A DNA stretch of 60,238 nucleotides, filler included, from Myxococcota bacterium (GTDB lineage Bacteria; Myxococcota; Myxococcia; Myxococcales; Myxococcaceae), in the NCBI GenBank assembly GCA_049322255.1. It is 6 parts of 6 records of this genome, joined end to end, with 100 filler letters (N's around TTAATTAATTAA, not from the genome) between each part and the next. Parts side by side here need not be neighbours in the genome. Positions count along the whole stretch, not along the records: positions 1 to 10,638 come from JBMORE010000129.1; 5 more parts are not named here. One strand, written 5' to 3'. A program made the translations under genes and the position numbers. The notes below the pieces were generated by a model, which was given only the letters and a program-made list of their open reading frames with translations, was not told the origin of the DNA and did no database searches. The number at the start of each line of letters is the position of its first letter. The first letter of the stretch is position 1. Shown here piece after piece: positions 1-9,166 of this stretch.

Positions 1-804
1 GTCATTGATTCCCCAGCACTTGAGTCCACCGAACTCGGTGATGGCGCACGTATGGCGGCTTCCGGCCTCCACGAAACGAACACCAGCATCCAGTCCAGGC
101 ACAGGTCGAGGAACTGCAGCTCCGTCTCCCCAGCAGCGAACAGCTCCACCCAGCACGATGGCGCAGGTGTGAAATTCTCCCGATGTGATGGCAACCGCTG
201 GTTCCGTCAGCTGGGTCTCAACAGGCACTGAACTCCCGGTCGTGCTTCCATTTCCCAGTTGACCTTCATCGTTTCGTCCCCAGCATTTGACCGCACCATT
301 ATTCAAGATCGCGCACACATGGGTCCCTCCGGCCGCAATCGCTGCCGCCGTGCAACAACCCGCGTCGCAACGAAAGTAGGAGGGTTGGCAAGTGTAGCTA
401 CAAGCCCCCGCGTCAACGTCGCAGCTCACCGTTCCGCGCTCGACCACCTTGCAGGGCGCGCAGGAAGTTCCGCAACTGTCCACGCTGTCGTCGGGCAGGC
501 AGGTAGCTCCACACGTGTGGTACCCAGGCGTGCAGACGCACGTTCCGGCGTCGCACGTTCCGCCTCCGCATTCAGAGCTCGTCGAGCACGCGGCGTGACC
601 GGCGTCGAAACCAGCGTCGCCGACGCCACCATCCACACCGCTATCCAGAATCGGTCCGACGCAGACGCGACGCCGGAGATCGCAGTAGGACGCTCGAGGG
701 CATTCGCCGTCTGAATCGCAGTACGGCACCGACCGCTCGCACGCGCCGCCAACGGCGAACGCGGTCAGCATGACCAACACCAGCCCTCCCCTCTCGCGCC
801 CCAT
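1..804 (-). CDS. Cys-rich lipoprotein with RCC1-like repeats (runs off window edge; absent from ORF track)
   Basis: Manual translation from ATG 804: MGRERGGLVLVMLTAFAVGGAC (lipobox-like), Cys-rich region, then AAGGTHVCAILNNGAVKCWGRNDEGQLGNG and SGEFHTCAIVLGGAVRCWGD RCC1-type repeats. Confidence 0.85.
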   Translation of the reverse strand, partial: MGRERGGLVLVMLTAFAVGGACERSVPYCDSDGECPRASYCDLRRRVCVGPILDSGVDGGVGDAGFDAGHAACSTSSECGGGTCDAGTCVCTPGYHTCGATCLPDDSVDSCGTSCAPCKVVERGTVSCDVDAGACSYTCQPSYFRCDAGCCTAAAIAAGGTHVCAILNNGAVKCWGRNDEGQLGNGSTTGSSVPVETQLTEPAVAITSGEFHTCAIVLGGAVRCWGDGAAVPRPVPGLDAGVRFVEAGSRHTCAITEFGGLKCWGIND

Positions 805-916
805 CTCGACTCCTCGCGTTTTGTAAGAGCGTACTCAAACGCACCGTCCTCTCGCACCTACGGTGACGGCTTTCGGGCCCGTGTGGTGTAGTGGGCGCCT
901 CACGTAGGGAGAACCG

Positions 917-1102
917 GTGGCCAAGAAGACCAGCAACGAGAAAGTGACTGATCTCACCACTCGGATCCTCCAAAAGATTCACGGCGAGCTCGCAGCAATT
1001 CGTCGGCAGACCAAAGCGGTTCCACAAATCGGCAAAGACGTCGCCGAGATGGCCAGCCGCTTCGGTCTTCGTCGAGTCGAAGAGCTGCTCGGGCGTCAAT
1101 AG
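917..1102 (+). CDS. small hypothetical protein (61 aa)
   Basis: GGGAG RBS before GTG; helical amphipathic sequence; fills the gap between two minus-strand genes. Confidence 0.5.
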   Translation: MAKKTSNEKVTDLTTRILQKIHGELAAIRRQTKAVPQIGKDVAEMASRFGLRRVEELLGRQ

Positions 1103-1123
1103 GCTTTTCTCGTCGGGGAAGCC

Positions 1124-4100
1124 TTACGCACTCTTCACCGGCTTTTTCCATGTAGGCGCGAGCATCGCCGCCATGCGCTCGGGGCGAGCGATGTCTTGTC
1201 CACGCATCCACCCGTCGGCCGCCTCGATGAGCGCACGCCCCTCGTCCCCTCCGAGCAACTCGCCCGCCTGCCGTTTGGCCGCCGCGGCGAAGAGCGGCAT
1301 CTGCTGCGCTTCGAAGAGCCGCTCGGCCTGGCGGAAGCGCTCATGGTCGCCGGCCGCGCCGGCCTGAAGACACAACGCGATGGGGGCGGCATAGTCGATG
1401 CGCTCTCGATGGATGCGGTGAGCAATCCGAAGCGCCTCGTCCACTTTCCCCGCCGCCAGCGCCAACCGAGCTCGCAGGTGCCAAGCCTCGATGCGCACGT
1501 TCTGAATGCGCAAGAGGAGCGCGCGCTCCAGCGCACCCCACTCCGCCTCCATGTGGGCCAGCGCACCCGCCGCCTCGTTGGCGTACAGACCGATCATCCC
1601 CTGCGACAAAAGGCCCCAGTAGTGCTGGAAGTGAAAGCCCTGCTTCGACCACCGGCCCATCACCTCGCGCACTTCGCGTCGCGCACCCTCCACGTCGTCG
1701 GCGGCGAGCAAGGCGACGTTGGCCAGACCGCTGCGCAGACTGGTCGCCGAGTAGAGATCGCCGCGCTCCTGCGCCTCGGCAACCATCGCCGGTAACTTTC
1801 GCCGCAAGGCGCCGATCTCTCCCAGGTAGAAGAGCGACCACACCGAAAAGAGCCGCGCGTTCACCGCCTCCCAGGTGAGCCCGGAGCCCACATCGTGAAA
1901 TATCCGCTCGGCCCGCTCGGCGTGCGCCTGTGCCTCGCGCCAGCGGCCGACCAGGAACTCGGTGAGCCCCGCGCAGAAGGACACCAGCCCGAGCAGCCGC
2001 GCGTCTCCTACTTTGGCGGCCAATTTCTCAGCGGCGGCGATGAGCCGTGCCGCACGCGCGCTCGCCTTGCTGCCCCCCGTGGCGACGAAGGCGGCCTCGG
2101 CCGCGAGTGCGCGCGCCACCCGCAGCGGCTCTCCCGCCGAGAGCGCGAGGAGCAGGTGCCTGGTCTGAAAGCTGGCCGCGCGAATGGTGTCCACCATCGA
2201 CAACCCGGCAGCTACCGACCAGCACACGTCGATGCGGGTGAGCTCCTCGGCGGACACCTGGCTCTCGTCGCGCTCGCGAAAGCCAATGCCCCGCAAGGCG
2301 AGGTGCGCCCGCCGCCACAGAAGCGCTCCCAGCGCCCGGCGTGGTGTGGGCGCGAGCGTCATCCCCACCTCGCTAAGCACCGCGCGCAGCGCGATCAGCC
2401 CCTCATCGACGTGCCCGCTGCGCAACAGCTGCTCCGTTGCTCGCCGCCGAAGCTCGAGCACCTCCGCCGCCCGCAGCACACCTGGGCTGTTCTTCACCGC
2501 CTGTTCGTAGGCCTGCGCCGCCTCGAAGCCGCGCCCCGCATGGGCCAGCGCATCGCCCAGCGCTACCCGCAACGGCTGCCGTCCTGTGTTGGCGTCAGGC
2601 CACAGCTCGAGGGCCTGGCGGTAGAGCTTGGCGGCACGATCGAAGGCCAACGCCTCGGTCGCGCGCGCTGCCGCCGACGCCGCGTGCTGCGCCGCTCGCT
2701 CGGACAGCCCCGCCGCCTCGAAGTGAAACGCGAGCGCTTCGGAATCGGCCCATCCGCTCGCCTCGAGGGCGCGCGCGATGCGCAGATGGCAATCGGCCTG
2801 CTCCGGCGCCGAGAGCCGCTGCACCACCGACTCGCGGATGCGATCGTGGTAGGTCTCGACCGTCTCCACCGCGCCGGTGGTGGCGGTGCGCACCCACTGC
2901 GCCGCCCGTAAGGAAGCGAAGGCCGCCACGTCACCGGTCGCCAACTCGGCAGCGCGGGCCGCCACCGTGGAAGGAATCGGCCTGCCTGCCACCGCCACCA
3001 CCTCGAGCAGGCGCTGCGCCGGCGAGGGCAGACGCAACGCGCGTGCGCGAACCACTGCGTCCAGGCTCACCTCCGCTCCGCTCTCCCACTCTCCCGCGTG
3101 GATGGAGCGCACCAAGGCGTCGATGAAGAAGGGGCTCCCGCCGGACTCGCGCACCAGGGCGGGCAGGCGCTCTTGTGCGCGTACTTCTCCTCCCAAAAGC
3201 CCCTCAGCCAGCTCCCGCGCCTCGTCGGCCTCCAGCGCCTCCACCATCAGCTCGCGCAGCTCGATGCCCGTTCCCGGATCGGGCAAGAGCTCGGTGAGCG
3301 TCTGCGCGGCGTCGCGCCCTCCGCGGTAGCACAAAAGAAGCATGAGCGGCGGCGCATCGGGCGGGTGTAACAACTCCGCCAAGAGCGCAGCGCTGTCCAC
3401 ATCGCCCCACTGGGCATCGTCGATGAACAGCACCAGCGGCGCTCGATCGGCCATGCGTCCGGCGAGCTCGCGCAGCGCGGCAAATGCACGGCGGCGAAGC
3501 TCTTGCGGGTCGGCCCATTCTTTCGCACGCAACGGAGCATCGGCCACCGCTCCGATGCGCCGCAGCACCGGAAAGATGCGCGCCAGCGCCTGCACGTCGC
3601 GCGGCAGGAGCGCCTCCGCCTTCTCCCGCCCTGCCCGGGTGAGGTAGCGGGTCAACCCGTCGATCAGACTGTCGAGCGCCTTGTAGGGCATCGACTCTCG
3701 CTCGTAGCAGCGCCCCGAGAGAACCACCGCGTCGGAGCCACGCAACTCCTCGAGGAACCGCCGGGCGAGCGCCGTTTTACCCATGCCCGACTCACCGTAG
3801 AGGAGCGCCACCGACGCTTTTCCTGCACGTGCTGCCTCATATGTTTCGCGCAGCACGCGAAGGTGCTTCTCGCGCCCGACGAACGGCGCTGGCGACCGCC
3901 GTTCCGCGCGTTCCTCCACGATCGGCGTCACTCCCACTCGGCGCAAGATGTCCGCCGCGGAGGGCCGGCGCTCGGGCGCGCGACGCAAGAGCTCGACGCA
4001 CAACGCGTTCAGATCGGCCGGCGCCTCGGGGTTCAGAGAAATCGGCGGTGGCGAGTCCACCCGCTGCTTGTCCAGCAATACTTGAAGCGGGCTGCCGGCG

Positions 4101-4834
4101 AACGGCACCCGGCCGGTGAGCGCCTCGTAAAGCATCACCCCCACCGCGTACCAGTCGGCGGCCGAAGTCGCTTCGCCCACGTTGGCTTGCTCGGGAGCCA
4201 TGTACGCCGCGGTGCCGACAATCGCCTGGCCGGTGCTGGTCTGCCCTTCGCCCTCGGTCTCGGTCACCAGGCCGAAGTCGAGCACCACCACCCGGCCCTG
4301 CGGCGTGACGAGCACGTTGGACGGCTTCAGATCACGGTGCAGCTTGCCCGCGACGTGAAGAGCGGCGACCGCCTCGCACAGCTGACCGAGCGCGCTGCGC
4401 AGGCGTGCGAGATCGAGCTGGCGCCCCTCACCCCTGCCCTCTGCGAGCTGGCGCCCCTCACCCCTGCCCTCTCCCAGTGGGAGAGGGGGTTCCGTGTCGG
4501 CCGAGGAGATTCGCGCGGCGCCGGGGCGAACATGAGCCAGGAAATCGACCCCCTGCACCAGCTCCATGGTGAAAAACCAGGTGTCGTCGTGGCAGACCAG
4601 CTCGTGCAGCATGGCCAAACCCGGATGGCTGACACCGGCGAGCGCGCGGAACTCGTGCTTGAGGCGGTAGATGTTCGCCCCGTCGACACGCCGGAGCGTC
4701 TTGAGCGCCACGCGGGTGTTGCGCTGGCGATCGAGCGCCTCGTAGACGACGCCCATGCCGCCCGCACCCAACCGGCGCACGACGGCGTAACGCTCCGTCC
4801 CCGAGAACTCGTCGGCGTTCGACAAAGGCGTCAA
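1124..4834 (-). CDS. Hanks-type Ser/Thr protein kinase fused to AAA_16/STAND-like NTPase and helical C-terminus
   Basis: LGAGGMGVVY, VALK, HRDLKPSN, DFG, APE kinase motifs; Walker A GESGMGKT and Walker B LFIDD; probable TTG start at 4834 overlapping the upstream stop (TTGA). Confidence 0.93.
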   Translation of the reverse strand: MTPLSNADEFSGTERYAVVRRLGAGGMGVVYEALDRQRNTRVALKTLRRVDGANIYRLKHEFRALAGVSHPGLAMLHELVCHDDTWFFTMELVQGVDFLAHVRPGAARISSADTEPPLPLGEGRGEGRQLAEGRGEGRQLDLARLRSALGQLCEAVAALHVAGKLHRDLKPSNVLVTPQGRVVVLDFGLVTETEGEGQTSTGQAIVGTAAYMAPEQANVGEATSAADWYAVGVMLYEALTGRVPFAGSPLQVLLDKQRVDSPPPISLNPEAPADLNALCVELLRRAPERRPSAADILRRVGVTPIVEERAERRSPAPFVGREKHLRVLRETYEAARAGKASVALLYGESGMGKTALARRFLEELRGSDAVVLSGRCYERESMPYKALDSLIDGLTRYLTRAGREKAEALLPRDVQALARIFPVLRRIGAVADAPLRAKEWADPQELRRRAFAALRELAGRMADRAPLVLFIDDAQWGDVDSAALLAELLHPPDAPPLMLLLCYRGGRDAAQTLTELLPDPGTGIELRELMVEALEADEARELAEGLLGGEVRAQERLPALVRESGGSPFFIDALVRSIHAGEWESGAEVSLDAVVRARALRLPSPAQRLLEVVAVAGRPIPSTVAARAAELATGDVAAFASLRAAQWVRTATTGAVETVETYHDRIRESVVQRLSAPEQADCHLRIARALEASGWADSEALAFHFEAAGLSERAAQHAASAAARATEALAFDRAAKLYRQALELWPDANTGRQPLRVALGDALAHAGRGFEAAQAYEQAVKNSPGVLRAAEVLELRRRATEQLLRSGHVDEGLIALRAVLSEVGMTLAPTPRRALGALLWRRAHLALRGIGFRERDESQVSAEELTRIDVCWSVAAGLSMVDTIRAASFQTRHLLLALSAGEPLRVARALAAEAAFVATGGSKASARAARLIAAAEKLAAKVGDARLLGLVSFCAGLTEFLVGRWREAQAHAERAERIFHDVGSGLTWEAVNARLFSVWSLFYLGEIGALRRKLPAMVAEAQERGDLYSATSLRSGLANVALLAADDVEGARREVREVMGRWSKQGFHFQHYWGLLSQGMIGLYANEAAGALAHMEAEWGALERALLLRIQNVRIEAWHLRARLALAAGKVDEALRIAHRIHRERIDYAAPIALCLQAGAAGDHERFRQAERLFEAQQMPLFAAAAKRQAGELLGGDEGRALIEAADGWMRGQDIARPERMAAMLAPTWKKPVKSA
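4414..4487 (-). repeat. REP-like palindrome plus 30-bp tandem duplication inside the kinase domain
   Basis: CCCTCTCCC-AGT-GGGAGAGGG hairpin at 4467-4487; 29-nt direct repeat 4414-4442/4444-4472; encodes PLPLGEGRGEGRQLAEGRGEGRQL. Confidence 0.85.
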
Positions 4835-6546
4835 GACTTGGGCTTGCGTGGGCGGGTGAGGCCGTAGCTCTGAACGCGCGAGACCAGCGTGCGCCGGGAG
4901 ATGCCCAGAAGCTTCGCCGCCTGGGTCTGGTTGCCTCCGCACTTGTCCAGAGCGTCGAGGATGGCCTTCTTCTCCGCCGCATCGCGTTCACTGCGTAGAC
5001 CCACGGCAGTCGGCTCGACGGCCGGCGGCGGGGAAACCACCGGTGCTCCGCCGCTCGGTCGGGAGCCGCCCAGACCGAGGTGCTCGGGCCGAACGACGCC
5101 CTCGGTGCACAGGAGGACCGCACGTTCCATCACGTTGCGCAGCTCGCGGATGTTTCCTGGCCAAGGGTAGCGGCGCAGCGCTTCCAGCGCCTCGACCGAG
5201 AGCGAAGGGGGGGCGCCCAACCCGTCCTTCTTCGCCGCCTCGGAAAGAAACCCCAGCGCCAGCTCTTCGATTTCTCCCACCCGCTCTCGTAAGGGGGGAA
5301 TGACCAAGCTGATGCCGTTGATGCGGTAATAGAGGTCTTGGCGGAAGGCGCCCCGCGCCACTTCGGCTTCGAGGTCGCGGTTGGTGGAGAAGACGAAGCG
5401 CGCGTCGATGGCTTCCGGCTTGAGCGCGCCCACCCGCATCACCTGCCGCTCCTCGAGCACCCGCAAGAGCTTGGCTTGCAGCGACGCGGGCAGCTCGCCT
5501 ACCTCGTCGAGCAGCACCGTGCCTCCGCGCGCCGTCTCCAAAAGGCCCTGCTTGGTCTTCACCGCACCGGTGAAGGCGCCCTTCTCGTGCCCGAAGAGCT
5601 CGGACTCGAGCAGCGTCTCGGCGAGGGCGGCGCAGTTGAGCCGCAAGAAGGGCTTGTCGGCGCGGTGGGAGCGGCGGTGCAGCTCGGCGGAGAGCACCTC
5701 CTTGCCCACCCCCGTCTCGCCGAGGACGAGCACGTTGATGTTGCTGGGAGCGATGCGCTCGACGAGCTGGTGAAGGTGCGACATCGCATCGTCGCGAACG
5801 ACGAACGGCGTCCGTCCCGGCCGCGTGTGCAGGCTCGATGCGGCGCCGAGGAGCGCTTCGGCCGAGTCGCCGTCGGTGGGGAAGATCGCCTTGCCGCTGC
5901 GCACCTGGGCGCCGGCAGCCTCCAGCGCAGCCACCACCGTCTCTACTCGCCGCGCCGCCTCCGTCTCGCTTTCCGCAGGCAAGAGCAATTCGTACTCACC
6001 CGGGCCGTAGCTGGCGGCCAAGTCCTCCCCATCGGTCGCTTGTGCGAGGGCCTTCTGGACCTCTGCCGCACCCACGCCGGCTGCATGAAGGCGCACGAGA
6101 GCAAAGGGCCGCGCGCGCGCCCCGCACAGCTCGGCCAGCCGCTCGCTGAAGCGCTGGTGCGGTGCGAGCCTCCACTCGCCCACCGCGGCGGGCACCTCTG
6201 GCTGCACGAAGACGAGCGTCGAGCCCAGCTCGGCGACCTCTCCCACCACCAGCTCGGCCTTTTCCCCTACGGCCAGCTTGCGGTCGCGCACCCGAACGCC
6301 GTTGGCCGACTCGAGGTCCTCGATGCGTGGCACCGGGCCGACGAGCACCCGGGCGTGGCGCCGGGACATCGAGCGGTCCTCCACCCGAATGTCGGCGTCC
6401 TCGCCCCGGCCAATGACCAGCGCGGCGCCGTCGGCGAGCGAGTGGGTCGAGTGGTACCCCTCGGCCACCACCACCAGCCGCAAGCACACCGCCCGCGTGG
6501 CGGGTCGGTCGGCGAGGCGAATCGTCTCCAAGTCGGAGGAGCTCAC
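4831..6546 (-). CDS. FHA-domain sigma54-dependent activator (FHA, degenerate GGDEF-like linker, AAA+, Fis HTH)
   Basis: FHA IGR..SRRHA..DLESANG; GETGVGKE, GAFTGA, WPGNIREL; C-terminal GNQTQAAKLLGISRRTL. Confidence 0.95.
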   Translation of the reverse strand: MSSSDLETIRLADRPATRAVCLRLVVVAEGYHSTHSLADGAALVIGRGEDADIRVEDRSMSRRHARVLVGPVPRIEDLESANGVRVRDRKLAVGEKAELVVGEVAELGSTLVFVQPEVPAAVGEWRLAPHQRFSERLAELCGARARPFALVRLHAAGVGAAEVQKALAQATDGEDLAASYGPGEYELLLPAESETEAARRVETVVAALEAAGAQVRSGKAIFPTDGDSAEALLGAASSLHTRPGRTPFVVRDDAMSHLHQLVERIAPSNINVLVLGETGVGKEVLSAELHRRSHRADKPFLRLNCAALAETLLESELFGHEKGAFTGAVKTKQGLLETARGGTVLLDEVGELPASLQAKLLRVLEERQVMRVGALKPEAIDARFVFSTNRDLEAEVARGAFRQDLYYRINGISLVIPPLRERVGEIEELALGFLSEAAKKDGLGAPPSLSVEALEALRRYPWPGNIRELRNVMERAVLLCTEGVVRPEHLGLGGSRPSGGAPVVSPPPAVEPTAVGLRSERDAAEKKAILDALDKCGGNQTQAAKLLGISRRTLVSRVQSYGLTRPRKPKS

Positions 6547-6616
6547 GCTGCCCCGAGTCGTACCCTACTTCTGGACGCGAGGCATCTGGGTCGAGCTGAC
6601 GACCTAAGGCGGTGGG

Positions 6617-7399
6617 TCAGCCTGCGGCGCTCGTTCGCCAGGTCACGCGTTCCTGCAGCTCGTTCACCACCTGATTCACCGTGCGCCCGGAGGTGTTGCA
6701 CACGTGCTCGGCGCGTGCGTAGAGCGGCTCGCGCTCCTTGAGCCGGCGGCGGAGCTCGGCCATCGCCTGTGGACGGTTGCGCATGGGGCGCAAATCTCCC
6801 TGCTTCACCACCCGCGTCCAGTGCTCCTCGGGGGTGGCCTTGAGCCAGACGGTGTGCGCGCGCGCCACGAGCAGCTTCATCGCCTCCGGGGAGGTCACCA
6901 AGCCGCCCCCCGTGGCCAAGACGCCCACGTCATGCTCGGCGAAAAACCGCCGCAGCGCGGTCAGCTCCACCTCGCGAAAGTACCCTTCGCCGTGAATGGC
7001 GAAGATTTCCGACAAACCCATCCCTGCCTGCGTCTCCACGAGGCGGTCGAGCTCGAAGAACGGCACCGCCAACCGCTCGGCGAGGGCCTTGCCCACCGTG
7101 CTCTTGCCCGCGCCCCGCAAGCCCAAGAGCGCCATCACCCGGGAGCGAGCTTCGCCGCCGTCGGCATGCGCGAACAACGCGGCCAGCGATGTCCCCAGCG
7201 CCGAGGCGAGCTCCGCCAGGTTGACCACCGAGATGTTCGCCCGTCCCGCCTCGAGCTCACAGACGAAGCGTTCAGAGAGCCTGCTGGCCTGCGCCAACGC
7301 GCGCAAGGTGAGCCCTCGCTGTTGCCGCAGCGCCCTCATCTCTCGTCCCAGCTCGACGAGCAATGGCGAGGGCCTCGCGGGCTTGGAGTTTCTCTTCAT
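6617..7399 (-). CDS. boxR: BoxR/BzdR-family regulator (XRE HTH plus shikimate-kinase-like domain)
   Basis: HTH_3 (LRALAQASRLSERFVCELEAGRANISV) plus GLRGAGKST P-loop; divergent from boxCB; probable ATG at 7399. Confidence 0.9.
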   Translation of the reverse strand: MKRNSKPARPSPLLVELGREMRALRQQRGLTLRALAQASRLSERFVCELEAGRANISVVNLAELASALGTSLAALFAHADGGEARSRVMALLGLRGAGKSTVGKALAERLAVPFFELDRLVETQAGMGLSEIFAIHGEGYFREVELTALRRFFAEHDVGVLATGGGLVTSPEAMKLLVARAHTVWLKATPEEHWTRVVKQGDLRPMRNRPQAMAELRRRLKEREPLYARAEHVCNTSGRTVNQVVNELQERVTWRTSAAG

Positions 7400-7429
7400 G
7401 AGCCTTTTGCAAGATAGCGGCAATCGCAT

Positions 7430-7467
7430 ATGAATCATACTTCCTATTTGTAAGCACTATGTTGCTT
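7430..7467. promoter_or_regulatory. two candidate BoxR operator sites
   Basis: AAGCA-N6-TGCTT perfect inverted repeat (7452-7467) and ATGAA-N6-TTCCT (7430-7445), 22 bp apart in the AT-rich boxR-boxC spacer; resembles the TGCA-N6-TGCA-type BzdR/BoxR boxes. Confidence 0.6.
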
Positions 7468-7501
7468 GCGCTTTGCCGGCGGAGGCGGGTAGATCGGCCC
7501 C

Positions 7502-9163
7502 ATGGCTCACCCGAACCTGAACGAGACCGTCCCCTCCTTCGAGACGCACCCCAGCCGCTATCGGCACTGGAAGCTGTCCTTCGCGGGCGAGGTGGCCACG
7601 CTGTCGATGGACGTGGTGGAGGAAGGGGGACTTCGGCCCGACTACACCTTGAAGCTCAACAGCTACGACCTGGGGGTGGACATCGAGCTGGCCGACGCCA
7701 TCACACGGCTACGCTTCGAACACCCCGAGGTGCGGGTGCTGGTGTTGACCTCGCTCAAGGAGCGCATCTTCTGTGCGGGTGCCAACATCTTCATGCTGGG
7801 CAGCTCGTCGCACCCCTTCAAGGTGAACTTCTGCAAGTACACCAACGAAACGCGGCTCGGACTAGAGGACGCCTCGACGTGCTCGGGCCTTCGGTCGATC
7901 GCCGCGCTCAACGGCACCGCCTCGGGGGGCGGGTACGAGTTGGCGCTGGCCTGTGACGAAATCTTCCTCATCGACGACGGGAGCTCGGCGGTGTCGCTCC
8001 CCGAGGTGCCGCTCTTGGGGGTGCTCCCGGGCACCGGCGGCCTCACCCGGGTGGTGGACAAGCGAAAAGTGCGGCGCGACCAGGCCGACTTCTTCTCCAC
8101 CGTGGCCGAGGGCATCAAAGGCAGGCGGGCGGTGGAGTGGCGGCTGGTGGACCAGGTGGTGCCCAAGAGCAAGTTCGAGCAGGTGGTGGCCGAACGGGCC
8201 AAGGCGCTGGCGGAGAAGAGCGACCGGCCCAAGGGAGCCAAGGGAATCGAGCTCACCCCGCTGTCGCCGAAGGTGAGCAGCGGCGCCCTCGAGTACCGCT
8301 TCGTCAGCGTGAAGCTCAACCCGACGCTGCGGCTGGCGGAGCTGACGGTGCGTGGCCCTACCGAAGGCCCTCCCGCCGATGGAGAAGGGGTGGCGGCGAG
8401 GGGCTCCGACGCGTGGGGGATTCGCGCCTTCCGCGAGCTCGACGATGCGCTCTTGCGGCTGCGCATCAACCACCTCGACGTGGGCACCATCGTTCTTCGC
8501 ACCTTGGGTGACCCAACGCAGGTCTTGGCGTGGGACCGGTTCATCGAGCAAAACGCTACGCATTGGCTGGTGCGGGAGACGTTGCACTTGCAGAAGCGGG
8601 TGCTCAAGCGGCTCGATCTCACCGCGAAGACGCTCTTTTGCTTCATCGAGCCGGAGGGGTGTTTCGCAGGCGTGCTCGCCGAGCTCGCGCTGGCCGCAGA
8701 CCGAAGCTACATGCTCGACGACCCCGAGCGGCCCACGCAGATTCAGCTGGGGCCGCTCAACGCCGGGCTGCTCCCCATGTCCAACGGGTTGTCCCGCCTG
8801 CAGACGCGCCTGCTCGCCACCCCGCACAAGGAAAAAGAAGTCCTCGCCCACCAGGGACCTTTCTTAGCGAAGGAGGCACTCGCCGCCGGACTGGTGACCT
8901 TCACCCCCGACGAGCTCGATTGGGACGACGAGATTCGGGTAGCGCTGGAGGAACGGGCCTCGCTTTCTCCCGACGCGCTCACCGGCATGGAAGCCAACCT
9001 GCGCTTCGCCGGCCCGGAGACGATGGAGACGAAAATCTTCGGCCGCCTCACCGCCTGGCAGAACTGGATCTTCCAGCGCCCCAACGCGGTGGGAGAGCGC
9101 GGCGCCCTCACTCTCTACGGTCAGGCCGGCGTCCGGCCCACCTTCGACATGCGGAGGACTTGA
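7502..9163 (+). CDS. boxC: 2,3-epoxybenzoyl-CoA dihydrolase
   Basis: 553-aa double crotonase fold; LKLNSYDLGVDIELADA, NFCKYTNETR, GRLTAWQNWIFQRPNAVG. Confidence 0.95.
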   Translation: MAHPNLNETVPSFETHPSRYRHWKLSFAGEVATLSMDVVEEGGLRPDYTLKLNSYDLGVDIELADAITRLRFEHPEVRVLVLTSLKERIFCAGANIFMLGSSSHPFKVNFCKYTNETRLGLEDASTCSGLRSIAALNGTASGGGYELALACDEIFLIDDGSSAVSLPEVPLLGVLPGTGGLTRVVDKRKVRRDQADFFSTVAEGIKGRRAVEWRLVDQVVPKSKFEQVVAERAKALAEKSDRPKGAKGIELTPLSPKVSSGALEYRFVSVKLNPTLRLAELTVRGPTEGPPADGEGVAARGSDAWGIRAFRELDDALLRLRINHLDVGTIVLRTLGDPTQVLAWDRFIEQNATHWLVRETLHLQKRVLKRLDLTAKTLFCFIEPEGCFAGVLAELALAADRSYMLDDPERPTQIQLGPLNAGLLPMSNGLSRLQTRLLATPHKEKEVLAHQGPFLAKEALAAGLVTFTPDELDWDDEIRVALEERASLSPDALTGMEANLRFAGPETMETKIFGRLTAWQNWIFQRPNAVGERGALTLYGQAGVRPTFDMRRT

Positions 9164-9166
9164 AAA

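Noticed and set aside
805..916. Possible duplicated kinase tail flanking the 61-aa gene
   Set aside because: Only short (<10 nt) imperfect matches, consistent with chance.
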